Below are positions 46,253 through 56,026 of a stretch of DNA of 64,000 bases, in pieces. Both the position numbers and the translations under genes were made by a program. The notes beneath the pieces are model-generated. The model was not told the origin of the DNA and made no database searches. It was given only the letters and a program-made list of their open reading frames with translations. The first letter of the stretch is position 1; every line of letters starts with the position of its first letter. Origin of the DNA: an uncultured Rhizobium sp. (GTDB taxonomy: Bacteria > Pseudomonadota > Alphaproteobacteria > Rickettsiales > UBA1997); the NCBI GenBank assembly GCA_964537735.1, contig CAZICL010000002.1:66573-130572 (forward strand), written 5' to 3'.

Positions 46253-48841
46253 ATGAATATTGAACGTTATACTGAAAAATCCCGTCAGCTCTTGCAAAAT
46301 GCCCAAACTCTTGCTTTGGGTTCTGGTCATCAGAAACTTCTTCCTGAACATATTTTAAGCTGCCTATTAAATGATTCCGATAATTTTGCTGAAAAATTAA
46401 TCATTAACTGCGGTGCTAATTTTGAGCTGATAAAGGCTGAAACTCAAATAAGTTTAAGAAAGCTATCAGTTGTTGAGGGAAGCGGTGTGTCCGGCATTTC
46501 AATTTCACAAGAAATGGCCAGAGTGTTGTTATTGGCGGAGAAAATTGCTGATCAAAATAATGATCAATTTGTTACGGCTGAACGAATTTTGCAGGCCATT
46601 TTGGAAGATGACAAAAATGAAGCGGCAAAAGCTTTAAAAATTGGCGGTCTAACTTCTACAGCACTTCGTAGTTCAATCGATAAAATTCGCGGTGGTAAAA
46701 AAGCCAATTCTGCCGAGTCGGAAAATACTTACCAGGCACTGGAAAAATATGCTCAGGATTTAACCAAAAAAGCTCAACAGGGCAAAATTGATCCGGTTAT
46801 TGGGCGTGATGAAGAAATTCGCCGAGCCATGCAGGTTTTGGCGCGTCGCGTTAAAAACAATCCGGTTTTAATTGGTGAGCCAGGTGTTGGTAAAACTGCA
46901 ATTGTTGAAGGTTTAGCGCAAAGAATAATTAATGGTGATGTGCCGGACAGCTTAAAAAATAGAAAACTGATGGCACTTGATATGGGTGCTTTAATTGCCG
47001 GTGCCAAATTTCGTGGTGAGTTTGAAGAGCGTTTAAAAGCTGTGCTCTCTGAGGTTGAGGGCAATGACAATATTATCCTTTTCATTGATGAGCTACATCT
47101 TTTGGTTGGTGCGGGAAAAACCGAAGGCGCTATGGACGCTTCCAATCTATTAAAGCCGGCTTTGGCGCGTGGAACCTTGCATTGTATTGGAGCCACAACA
47201 CTTAACGAATATCGCCAATATGTTGAAAAAGATGCTGCTTTGGCCAGACGTTTTCAGCCGATCTTCGCTGAAGAACCAACGGTTGAAGACACAATTTCAA
47301 TTTTGCGTGGCATTAAAGAAAAATATGAAGTGCATCATGGCGTTAAGATTAAAGATTCTGCCTTGGTGGCGGCAGCTACTTTATCTAATCGTTATATTTC
47401 TGATCGTTTCCTGCCCGATAAAGCTATTGATTTAATTGATGAGGCAGCCAGCAGTTTGAAGATTGAGGTTGAAAGTAAGCCCAATGATTTGGATGAATTA
47501 GATCGCAAAATCATCCAGTTAAAAATTGAAGCTGAAGCGTTAAAAAAAGAAGATGATGCTGCATCCAAAAAGCGTTTAGAAGTTTTGAGTAAAGATTTGG
47601 AAATCAATGAGAAAAAATCCGCTGATCTTACTTCCTTATGGCAAGCTGAAAAAAATAAGCTCAAAAAAGTTAATGAGTTAAAGGGAAAAATCGAACAAGC
47701 GCGTTATGAGTTGGAAGTGGCGCAACGTAAAGGAGATCTAGCTAAAGCTGGAGAAATCAGCTATGGCATGATTCCATCTTTGCAAAAAGAATTGGCTGCT
47801 TTTGAAAAATCTGCGGTACAAAAAATGATGCGCGAAACTGTCACCGAAGATGATATTGCTGCTATTATCGCCAAATCAACTGGTATTCCGTTGGATAAAA
47901 TTATGTCTGGTGAAAAAGAAAAATTACTCAAAATCGAAGATTTTTTGCGTTCTCATGTGGTTGGACAAGAACATGCTTTAAAAGCAGTGAGTAACGCTGT
48001 GCGCAGATCGCGAGCTGGCTTACAAGATGCCAATCGTCCGATTGGATCATTTCTGTTTTTAGGACCAACTGGAGTTGGTAAAACTCAACTTTGTAAAGCT
48101 TTGGCGGAATTTATTTTTGACGATGACTCAGCAATGTTGCGTATCGACATGAGTGAATTTATGGAGAAGCATGCAGTTGCGCGTTTAATTGGTGCTCCTC
48201 CGGGCTATGTTGGTTTTGAACAAGGTGGAATTTTAACTGAGGCAGTGCGTCGTCGTCCTTATCAGGTGATTTTATTTGATGAGGTGGAAAAAGCCCATCA
48301 CGATGTTTTTAATATTTTGCTACAAGTTCTGGATGATGGCCGCTTGAGCGATAATCAGGGTCATGTGGTTAATTTTACTAACACCATTATTATTCTAACC
48401 TCAAACCTTGGTTCGCATATTTTAAATCAGGCAGAAGAAGAACTGCAAGATCAGACAGCTATTGATGCCAAAAAATCTTTGGACTTTGACCATGTGATGG
48501 AAGTTGTGCGTCAACATTTTCGTCCAGAATTTTTGAATCGTTTGGATGAAATTATTTTATTCAATAAATTGGGTCGTCACGATATGGAAAATATCGTTGA
48601 AATTCATTTTAATAAATTTGCCAAAAGATTAGCTGCACATAATATCAGCGCTATTTTAGAGCCTTCGGCAACAAGCTATTTAGCACAAAAGGGTTATGAT
48701 CCAATTTATGGTGCGCGACCTTTGAAACGTTTAATTCAAAATGAAATTGAAAATATTTTTGCTGAGAAAATTTTGCGTGGGGAAGTGCTGGAAGGCAAAG
48801 AGATGAGGATCAAAGCTGATGGTGATCGGTTGCTGATTTAG
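46253..48841 (+). CDS. clpB: ATP-dependent chaperone ClpB
   Basis: It has two AAA+ modules ([17 protein letters not shown]), a middle coiled coil and a Clp_N domain. Confidence 0.97.
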   Translation: MNIERYTEKSRQLLQNAQTLALGSGHQKLLPEHILSCLLNDSDNFAEKLIINCGANFELIKAETQISLRKLSVVEGSGVSGISISQEMARVLLLAEKIADQNNDQFVTAERILQAILEDDKNEAAKALKIGGLTSTALRSSIDKIRGGKKANSAESENTYQALEKYAQDLTKKAQQGKIDPVIGRDEEIRRAMQVLARRVKNNPVLIGEPGVGKTAIVEGLAQRIINGDVPDSLKNRKLMALDMGALIAGAKFRGEFEERLKAVLSEVEGNDNIILFIDELHLLVGAGKTEGAMDASNLLKPALARGTLHCIGATTLNEYRQYVEKDAALARRFQPIFAEEPTVEDTISILRGIKEKYEVHHGVKIKDSALVAAATLSNRYISDRFLPDKAIDLIDEAASSLKIEVESKPNDLDELDRKIIQLKIEAEALKKEDDAASKKRLEVLSKDLEINEKKSADLTSLWQAEKNKLKKVNELKGKIEQARYELEVAQRKGDLAKAGEISYGMIPSLQKELAAFEKSAVQKMMRETVTEDDIAAIIAKSTGIPLDKIMSGEKEKLLKIEDFLRSHVVGQEHALKAVSNAVRRSRAGLQDANRPIGSFLFLGPTGVGKTQLCKALAEFIFDDDSAMLRIDMSEFMEKHAVARLIGAPPGYVGFEQGGILTEAVRRRPYQVILFDEVEKAHHDVFNILLQVLDDGRLSDNQGHVVNFTNTIIILTSNLGSHILNQAEEELQDQTAIDAKKSLDFDHVMEVVRQHFRPEFLNRLDEIILFNKLGRHDMENIVEIHFNKFAKRLAAHNISAILEPSATSYLAQKGYDPIYGARPLKRLIQNEIENIFAEKILRGEVLEGKEMRIKADGDRLLI

Positions 48842-48844
48842 ATA

Positions 48845-48990
48845 ATGAGACTGTCGCAAATCAAACTTTTCGTCGAATTTTTCGCAATTCAAATTTTTTT
48901 GAAACGCACGTACATCTGGGTACGCTTACCTTTCAAAAAAATTTGAATCACAAAAACTTCTTAGAAAATTTTGATTTGCGACAGTCTCAT
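48845..48990. mobile_element. Palindromic MITE-like element, family 1, full-length copy
   Basis: atgagactgtcgcaaatcaaa ... tttgatttgcgacagtctcat. It fills the whole spacer between the convergent clpB and OMP genes. Confidence 0.9.
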
Positions 48991-48993
48991 AAT

Positions 48994-49680
48994 TCAAAAC
49001 ATCAGCGTAGCACCAAAAGTTAGCCAATTTTGATGATTTTCATTGATATTATGACCGTAAATTAAATCGATGATCACATGATCATTGGTTAAATGCCGCA
49101 GTCCAAACTGGGTTGCCGGACGATTTTCGCCACTTCTAAAAGTTCCGTTGGGATAAAAAATTTCCGGTACAAAAAAAAGTTTGTTGCTCAATTTCCACTC
49201 AGCGCCAATTCCGTAATTTAAGAAATCGATGCTTTTATCTTTACGCAAAGCATGACGCCAATTTTGCCATCCTAAATAAAAATTAAGATCAAAATTATTT
49301 GCTACATTCAAGGTATTGGAGCTGTAAGCATAAGCGCCATAAACCTTCTGATTTACCGAAGAATAATTTACGCCAGCGGCGATTGATGATGAAATTTTGT
49401 CACTTTTACCCCACAAATATTTCACCTGTGGCCACAAGGAATTAACATTTTCTGAAGTGGCGTTGTAAGTTTCCTGAACCGCAAATTCAGTGTTGGGAAG
49501 AAGTTGGTAAGTTGGATTTACAACATAAATATCAGTGCCGTCATTGCTGCGGCTATACCAATTTTCAACTTGAACTTTTTTGGCAGCAGTAATGCCACCA
49601 TCATCTACTAGATAAGCTCCGGCAGCAAACAAGGTTTGTGGTAGCAAAATTAACCATGAGAGCAGAATATATTTTTTCAA
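48994..49680 (-). CDS. Outer-membrane beta-barrel protein (family uncertain)
   Basis: It has a signal peptide ending LFA, alternating amphipathic strands and a C-terminal aromatic residue (TLMF). Confidence 0.5.
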   Translation of the reverse strand: MKKYILLSWLILLPQTLFAAGAYLVDDGGITAAKKVQVENWYSRSNDGTDIYVVNPTYQLLPNTEFAVQETYNATSENVNSLWPQVKYLWGKSDKISSSIAAGVNYSSVNQKVYGAYAYSSNTLNVANNFDLNFYLGWQNWRHALRKDKSIDFLNYGIGAEWKLSNKLFFVPEIFYPNGTFRSGENRPATQFGLRHLTNDHVIIDLIYGHNINENHQNWLTFGATLMF

Positions 49681-50426
49681 TAATCGACCCGTAAAAAATA
49701 TAAACCGCAGGAAGGAGCATTGGGGCCAGATTTGGAACGTTGTTTAGCCGCTAAAATTGTTTTTATTTCCTCAGCTTTAATCTTATCAATTCCAACCCAC
49801 ATCAATGTTCCGACAATGTTACGTACCATGTGATGCAAAAAGGATGTGGCACTGATTTCAATTAAAATTTCAGTGTCATTTTTTTGTAAAATTATTTTGT
49901 CGATGGTTTTGATTGCTGATTGGGCTTGGCAGTCGGCGTCACGAAAAGCTGAAAAATCATGTTGGCCGACTAGAAATTGTGCAGCCTTTTCCATTGCTGA
50001 TGTGTCAAGATTCTGTGCCAGATGCCAGGCGCGGTTTTTTTGTAAAGTTAGCGGTGCACGACGATTGATGATAAGATAGCGGTAATGGCGCATTTTGGCG
50101 TTAAAACGCGCATGAAAATCATCGTCAACCACTGTGCAATCAAGAACAGCAATATCTTCACCGCGCAGATAATTATTGAGTCCAGAAACAATTTTTTCTG
50201 CCGGAAATTGTTTGTTTAAATCAAAATGTGCAACTTGAGCAAGGGCGTGAACACCAGCATCAGTACGTCCAGAAGCTATAATTTTAACGCGTTGTTGCGC
50301 AAAATTAAAAACGGCATTTTCAATAATTTCTTCTACTGATTTGTTGGGCAAATCTGGTTGTTTTTGAAAGCCGCAATAATTTGTGCCGTCATATTCAAAA
50401 GTGATTTTATAGCGCATCATTGCCAT
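49677..50426 (-). CDS. truA: tRNA pseudouridine(38-40) synthase
   Basis: RYKITFEYDGTNYCGFQKQ and GRTDAGVHA are present. Confidence 0.95.
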   Translation of the reverse strand: MAMMRYKITFEYDGTNYCGFQKQPDLPNKSVEEIIENAVFNFAQQRVKIIASGRTDAGVHALAQVAHFDLNKQFPAEKIVSGLNNYLRGEDIAVLDCTVVDDDFHARFNAKMRHYRYLIINRRAPLTLQKNRAWHLAQNLDTSAMEKAAQFLVGQHDFSAFRDADCQAQSAIKTIDKIILQKNDTEILIEISATSFLHHMVRNIVGTLMWVGIDKIKAEEIKTILAAKQRSKSGPNAPSCGLYFLRVDY

Positions 50427-53215
50427 TCCTTGATGCGCGATAAGTGAGAATATTCATTTTCACGGTAATTTTGTGGATTAGGTGCGGCAATATAGCCATT
50501 ATTTTTATCAGAAAAATATTGAAAAAGTTTGCTTAAGCTGGCTTTGGCAGCACAGGCTAAAATTTGTATTTCATGACAATCTTGTGAAATTTTAGTTATT
50601 TTTTCTGCCGCAGAAAAAGAAACTTTGCGATAATTTAATGAGGCAATTTCATTTTTAAAACCGCTTTCAAGAAGCATCAAAGCAGCTATGGTTAATTGCG
50701 GTTCATGACCGGATAATACTTCAGTTTTAGTTGGCATGCCGCCAGTTTTATAATCAAAAATATGGGCCTGATCATTCTCATCAAAAGTGATGCGATCAAT
50801 TTTACCATTAATGCAAATTTCTTCTAAAACCATTTTTACCTCAAATTCGGTCAGATTTTTGACCGCTGTAATTTCTTGCTCAACGGCAATAAAATTAGTG
50901 AAAATATTTTCAAATTTTGGCCACCATAATAATTGTGATTCTTCCGCTAAAAAATATTGCTCAAAAATTTTTTTAGATGTGGCAAGTGATTGTTCTATAG
51001 GTTGTGGGTTTTTTATAAATTCTTCCAAAGCCTTGTGTACGAAACTGCCAAATTCGGCGTGAGTAGGGGTAAAATCAATTTCTGGCAGATCACGCAGTTG
51101 CAGAATTCTTTTGGCGTAAATGCTATAAGGATCAGAAATTAGTTTTGAAATATCAGTTATTGCCAGTTTTGTTGGGCGAAATTCAACCTCTGGTTTGGGT
51201 TGTGGGCGTTTTATTTGAGAGGTTGGAATAGCATCTTGGCTTTTTATAGCTGCAAAATATTTGGCATTATTTCCCAAAGTTATTTTCTGTTTTGTTGCCA
51301 GAGTTTCTAATTTAAGTAAAAAAGGTGAGGGCGATGAGGCATTGCCGTTGCTGCTTAAAGAGCGGCTTAAAATTACTTCGCTATTACACAAATAATTGCA
51401 AAAATCATAAGCATTTTGACCGATTTTTTTTAGAGTTTTGTCAATTCTGAGATCTTTTTTAATTTTTTTGCCCAGCCAATCTTGGGCTTCGATGCTTGGA
51501 AAATCGCCTTCATTTAATGAGGCAACAATGACCACATCATGATTTAACAAACGAGCTTCCACAGTTGATAAAATCTGGATTGGTGCCATGGCGTTGGATT
51601 TTTCAAAAAAGCTGATTTGTGAAAATAAGATCTGAAAAACTGTCAAAGCATTTTGAGGTTCAAGAAAAAAATCCTGGTTATTTTTTATCTGATTAAAAAA
51701 TTCAGCTAATTCTTCGCTATCTAATAACTGATCAAATTTTTTAGAGCTGAGATTTTCTATAACACTAATCAAAGACAGGCTGTAATTGGCAATATTGCAG
51801 TGATTTTTTTGCTTTAAAACTGGTGACAATTTTTGGTAAAAATCGTCAAAAAATATTTTTAATTTTTGATTATTTAACGATTCTAGCTTGTCAGTAATGC
51901 CGGACAAACCAGCTCTGGTGCGGTCTTGGCGTAAAATATTATTCTCAAATTCAGGTAAAATACTATCTTTATCTGCAAAAGAACAAAGAGGGTTTTTAAG
52001 AACGGCTAGAAGATCTGAAGAGCTAAAATCGTTTTCCAGCAAATCAAGAACTAACAAAATAAAGTTAACTAAAGGTGATCCAAAAATTCCGATGTCACGG
52101 CTATCGTTAAAAGACAATGACAGGTCTTTGATAGTGTATTTAAGAAGTTTTGCGAGTTTATGATTATTGGTGATTACGGCAGATGTTTTGCCTTGAGAAA
52201 GTTTTTCGGCTAAAATTGTGGCAATTATTCGCGCTTCCTCCAACTCGTCTTTGGCGCTAATCAGACTTATTTTATCTATTTGTGGAATGGTTGGTGATTG
52301 CCATTTTTGAGTTTGATCAGCAGGAAGCATTAAGCTGGAAAGTAGTTCAATTCTGCTTTGAGAGCTTAAGCAAAATTTGTCATTAGTAATTTGAGTGATG
52401 TTCTTTTTGTCAATTTCAAGAAAGTTGATAAGCTGATTTAAGAAAAATTGTGGGTGATTGTCATGGTTAAAATTTTGTTCCAAATCTGCAGCGTGCAAAA
52501 TGACATAACCATTTTCTTGTCGACTAATTTCTTTAATTAATTTCCGGCTTGAAGCCATGCTGCCAGTTGATCCAGCGATAATTAATGGTGATTTTGTGCC
52601 GCATTTTTCTAATGCTTCGCAAAATTTTTTTAACACCAAATTGCGGTAGGAAGCGCTAAAAAAGATATCATTTTTGATTAATGAATTTTTGAGATGAATG
52701 TGAAAATCCTGCAAAAATTCTAAAGTGACCTGGCGATGTTTTGAAAGGTTGGAATCATCAATCTCGCTGAGCTTTTTTAAATCGATTTCTTCATTTTCAA
52801 TTTCGTCGAAAAGATTTTTTAAACGTAGCGCAATGGCCAGATTCTGTGAGGCGCTAAGATTTTTCGAAAAAATCGTTAGTTTTTTAACTTCTTCACTCAG
52901 AAAAAATAAGTGATTAATTCCTGAAATAACTTTGATTTTCAGAAGTTCATCGATGGTTTCTTGCACTTCTTGATGCGGTAAAAAATCGAAAAAATCTTCA
53001 AAAGAAATATCGGAAAGTGACTTAATTTTTGGCAAAATTACTGCGCAATTAGGTGGGGTTTTTGTTAGAAATAATTGGCGTAATTCGCGGCAGCTTCGTT
53101 GGTTGGGTAAAAATATTTTTGCTTGAGAAAGGTTTTCCAAAAAAGTTTCGTGCAAGAAAAAGAACAGTGATTCGAAGAAGTGATAATTGGCTGGGACGTT
53201 AAAAATATTGTTCAT
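50417..53215 (-). CDS. addB: Double-strand break repair protein AddB (alphaproteobacterial type, PD-(D/E)XK nuclease C-terminus)
   Basis: The C-terminus has GKIDRITFDENDQAHIFDYKTGG. The size is about 930 aa. No addA gene is adjacent. Confidence 0.7.
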   Translation of the reverse strand: MNNIFNVPANYHFFESLFFFLHETFLENLSQAKIFLPNQRSCRELRQLFLTKTPPNCAVILPKIKSLSDISFEDFFDFLPHQEVQETIDELLKIKVISGINHLFFLSEEVKKLTIFSKNLSASQNLAIALRLKNLFDEIENEEIDLKKLSEIDDSNLSKHRQVTLEFLQDFHIHLKNSLIKNDIFFSASYRNLVLKKFCEALEKCGTKSPLIIAGSTGSMASSRKLIKEISRQENGYVILHAADLEQNFNHDNHPQFFLNQLINFLEIDKKNITQITNDKFCLSSQSRIELLSSLMLPADQTQKWQSPTIPQIDKISLISAKDELEEARIIATILAEKLSQGKTSAVITNNHKLAKLLKYTIKDLSLSFNDSRDIGIFGSPLVNFILLVLDLLENDFSSSDLLAVLKNPLCSFADKDSILPEFENNILRQDRTRAGLSGITDKLESLNNQKLKIFFDDFYQKLSPVLKQKNHCNIANYSLSLISVIENLSSKKFDQLLDSEELAEFFNQIKNNQDFFLEPQNALTVFQILFSQISFFEKSNAMAPIQILSTVEARLLNHDVVIVASLNEGDFPSIEAQDWLGKKIKKDLRIDKTLKKIGQNAYDFCNYLCNSEVILSRSLSSNGNASSPSPFLLKLETLATKQKITLGNNAKYFAAIKSQDAIPTSQIKRPQPKPEVEFRPTKLAITDISKLISDPYSIYAKRILQLRDLPEIDFTPTHAEFGSFVHKALEEFIKNPQPIEQSLATSKKIFEQYFLAEESQLLWWPKFENIFTNFIAVEQEITAVKNLTEFEVKMVLEEICINGKIDRITFDENDQAHIFDYKTGGMPTKTEVLSGHEPQLTIAALMLLESGFKNEIASLNYRKVSFSAAEKITKISQDCHEIQILACAAKASLSKLFQYFSDKNNGYIAAPNPQNYRENEYSHLSRIKEWQ

Positions 53216-53288
53216 TATAAATTCTTGTAATTTGCCGCTGCGCCAATATTTTGCGCTGCTTTCTACAACTTAAAAATAAATTTTCTTG

Positions 53289-54548
53289 ATGAAAGTAATA
53301 GTTTTAGGTGCTGGGGTTATTGGTGTTACAACTGCTTACTTTTTAGCGCGCAACGGTCATGAAGTTATTGTATTGGAGAAAAACTCCGCTGCGGCTTTGG
53401 GTTGTTCTTACGCTAACGGTGGGCAATTAAGCTATTCTCACATTGAACCATGGTCTTCCAAAGTATCTCTGATCTCACTGCTCAAATTCCTTTCTCCTAA
53501 AGATTTTTTTAACCGTGAATTCTTAAAATGGGCTTTAGAATTTGTTAAAAATTCGGCATTGGCAAAAACTCATGAAACCAGCAAAAAACTTTTTACGCTA
53601 TCCAGCTATAGTAAGAAGGTTATGGAAGAAATTATCGCCAATGAATCAGAGTTGAAATTTGATTATAAGAATGACGGAATTTTGCATTTTTTTTGCAATC
53701 AAAAATCTTTCGATGCAGCAATTAAAGAATCTGGATTTGCCGTTGCTCTTGGTTGTAAATTGGAAGTGTTGAACGCAGAAGAATGTGTAAAAAAGGAGCC
53801 CACTTTAGTTAAAGTTTTTGACAATAAAAAACTAGTTGGTGGAATTTTTTATCCATCGGATGCTAGCGGTAATAGTATGCTATTCACCAAATCTTTGGAG
53901 ACGATCTGTCGTGAGAAATATGGTGTTGTTTTTAAATATGATTGTGAGGTCAAAAATATTTTTACCAACTATCAAAAAATCACCGGAATTCACACTAATT
54001 TGGGTGTGCTTGTGGCCGATAAATACGTTTATGCCTTGGGAGCTTTCGGCAATAAACTATTAAAAGGCATCGGAATCAGTAGTAAAATTTATCCTCTTAA
54101 AGGCTATAGCTTGTCAATTCCCGCCGATTCTGAATTTATTGCTCCAAAAATTCCCTTAACTGATTGTGAAAATAAGGTTGTTTATAGCCGTATTGGCGAC
54201 ATTTTTCGTGCGGCCGGAACCGTTGAAATCAGCGGCGGAAAATTAAATAAAAACAAAAAAAATATTGATTTTTTACAGATGGTCATCCGTTCAACTTTTT
54301 CTGATTTTGGCAATTTAAATGCCGTCTCGGATTGGTGCGGTTTTCGACCTTTTCGTGCTAATTCTATTCCGCTTATTTGCCAAATAAAAAAATATGGCAA
54401 TCTTATCCTTAATACCGGACATGGGTCACTTGGCTGGACTATGTCAGCGGCCTCGGCAAAAATTTCTTCTGATCTTGTGGTTAATAAAAAACATGAGCGA
54501 TTTAGCTTTTTAGAGCAGGAAGAAAACGGAATTTATATCAATAAATAA
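53289..54548 (+). CDS. FAD-dependent oxidoreductase, D-amino-acid dehydrogenase-like
   Basis: VIVLGAGVIGVTTAYFLARNGHEVIVLEK is the dinucleotide-binding motif. The C-terminus has NTGHGSLGWT. Confidence 0.8.
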   Translation: MKVIVLGAGVIGVTTAYFLARNGHEVIVLEKNSAAALGCSYANGGQLSYSHIEPWSSKVSLISLLKFLSPKDFFNREFLKWALEFVKNSALAKTHETSKKLFTLSSYSKKVMEEIIANESELKFDYKNDGILHFFCNQKSFDAAIKESGFAVALGCKLEVLNAEECVKKEPTLVKVFDNKKLVGGIFYPSDASGNSMLFTKSLETICREKYGVVFKYDCEVKNIFTNYQKITGIHTNLGVLVADKYVYALGAFGNKLLKGIGISSKIYPLKGYSLSIPADSEFIAPKIPLTDCENKVVYSRIGDIFRAAGTVEISGGKLNKNKKNIDFLQMVIRSTFSDFGNLNAVSDWCGFRPFRANSIPLICQIKKYGNLILNTGHGSLGWTMSAASAKISSDLVVNKKHERFSFLEQEENGIYINK

Positions 54549-54557
54549 GTCAGTTAA

Positions 54558-55565
54558 ATGGCAGTTTCAGAACATATTCTTGGAAAGCTCAGATCTAATG
54601 ATGCGAGCATGGTTGAACTTAGCTTCAGTGGTAACGGTATTGGGGATGAGGGCGCTAAAGTTTTGGCCAAAGCTTTGGAAGGAAATACCGTGCTACAGAG
54701 TTTGGAGCTTGGAAATAACAATATTGGCAGTGATGGGGTGGTCGCTTTGTCTAAGGCTTTGGCAAAAACAAATTCGCTAAAAACCCTTTATTTACGTGGC
54801 AATAAAATTGGTGATGCCGGAGCGATTGCTTTGTCGGAAGCTCTGAAAATGAATAATTGCCTCGAACATCTTTATCTTGGAGGCAATCAGATCGCGCTTG
54901 AAGGAATTATCGCCTTTGCTGAGGCTTTTACTAAAAATTCTACTTTGCAGGCAATCTATTTGCGTAACAACCAAGTCACCGATGAAGGTGCAGAAGCCTT
55001 GGCAGAATGTCTGGTCAAAAATTTTTCTTTACGGGTTTTGAATGTAGCCAATGCTGAGTTGACAGAAAGTGGCTGTCGCGCCTTGCTTAATTTGCTTAAC
55101 AGTAACACCACTTTGCAAAGTATAGTGTTCGAACATAATGGTGTTAATGACGAAGAGATTGTTAAATCTTTTGCTCAGCATTTGAAATATAACGCATCAT
55201 TGCCGGTAACAACGGCCAATGTTGTGGCCCGAAAAATTCTGGCACATTGTGAAGAATATGAAGAGGCAGAGTCAGAAAACAAAAGTACAGATGCTATTAT
55301 TCAAAAATCTTTTTTGACTCGAGCCGAACAATACCAATGGTCGGGAAATAATTTGCACGGCAACTCAATTTTATGCGCGGCATTCTTATATCGCATGATT
55401 TGCGGCCGATATTTTGGAAATCAAAATACCTCTGATAATCTCATCCGCATTGCTCACGTTCTTTACGATAAACTTATCATTCGCGTTAAAGAAGATCTTG
55501 CCAACAGCAAAGTGCCAAAACCAAATCCAGAGCTTCTGCAAATGGCGCAAAAGTTTGTTGGGTAA
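54558..55565 (+). CDS. Eukaryote-like leucine-rich repeat protein (ribonuclease-inhibitor / RNI type LRR) with a non-LRR C-terminal domain
   Basis: There are about 6-7 repeats of 28 aa, such as L..L.L..N.IGD.GA.ALA.AL..N..L. Confidence 0.85.
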   Translation: MAVSEHILGKLRSNDASMVELSFSGNGIGDEGAKVLAKALEGNTVLQSLELGNNNIGSDGVVALSKALAKTNSLKTLYLRGNKIGDAGAIALSEALKMNNCLEHLYLGGNQIALEGIIAFAEAFTKNSTLQAIYLRNNQVTDEGAEALAECLVKNFSLRVLNVANAELTESGCRALLNLLNSNTTLQSIVFEHNGVNDEEIVKSFAQHLKYNASLPVTTANVVARKILAHCEEYEEAESENKSTDAIIQKSFLTRAEQYQWSGNNLHGNSILCAAFLYRMICGRYFGNQNTSDNLIRIAHVLYDKLIIRVKEDLANSKVPKPNPELLQMAQKFVG

Positions 55566-55589
55566 ATCAGATTTCTTTAGCATAAAATC

Positions 55590-55822
55590 TAAGAACCCGT
55601 CCTAAGTCTTTGACTTATTGAAAATAATCCAACCGATTCTTTGTTTTTAAAAACAAAGGAGGTTTATGGAAAACAAAAAATTTCCTGTAACTTACCTAAA
55701 TCCTCCGGCGCTTTGCGCCACCTCCTTTTTCAAAGGAGGGGAATCTGGTGTAAAACCTCCTTTGAAAAAGGAGGTGTCACGCCCCGCGTGACGGAGGATT
55801 TAAGCGAGTTACAAGAAATCTA
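55590..55822 (+). mobile_element. Nested-palindromic repeat, family 2, copy 1
   Basis: About 150 bp is nearly identical to the reverse complement of 60760-60910. It contains cctcc(t/a)nggagg hairpins and an extra inverted module. Confidence 0.8.
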
Positions 55823-56026
55823 ATTTTGAAAAAGAAGTAACACAAAATCCTGAAAGAAATATAAATTGTAGAAGACTCCGGAAGAATTGTGAAGTGCATG
55901 AGAGCAGAATTTGAACAGTAAATAATCAACCGATAAAACATATCGCTACCTGTTAAATGTTAAATCCAGAGCATATCGATCTCATATCAGAGAAATCACT
56001 GATACCATTATTAAGGCGGTGAAGTT

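Noticed and set aside
46774-47196. 140-aa antisense ORF within clpB
   Set aside because: It is a shadow ORF opposite a highly conserved AAA+ module, and clpB is unambiguous.
55641-55823. 60-aa ORF inside family-2 repeat copy 1
   Set aside because: The reading frame is not conserved in the inverted copy at 60714-60910, and it is produced by GC-rich hairpin sequence. Only the shorter SD-led ORF in another frame is shared between copies; I report that separately at low interest.
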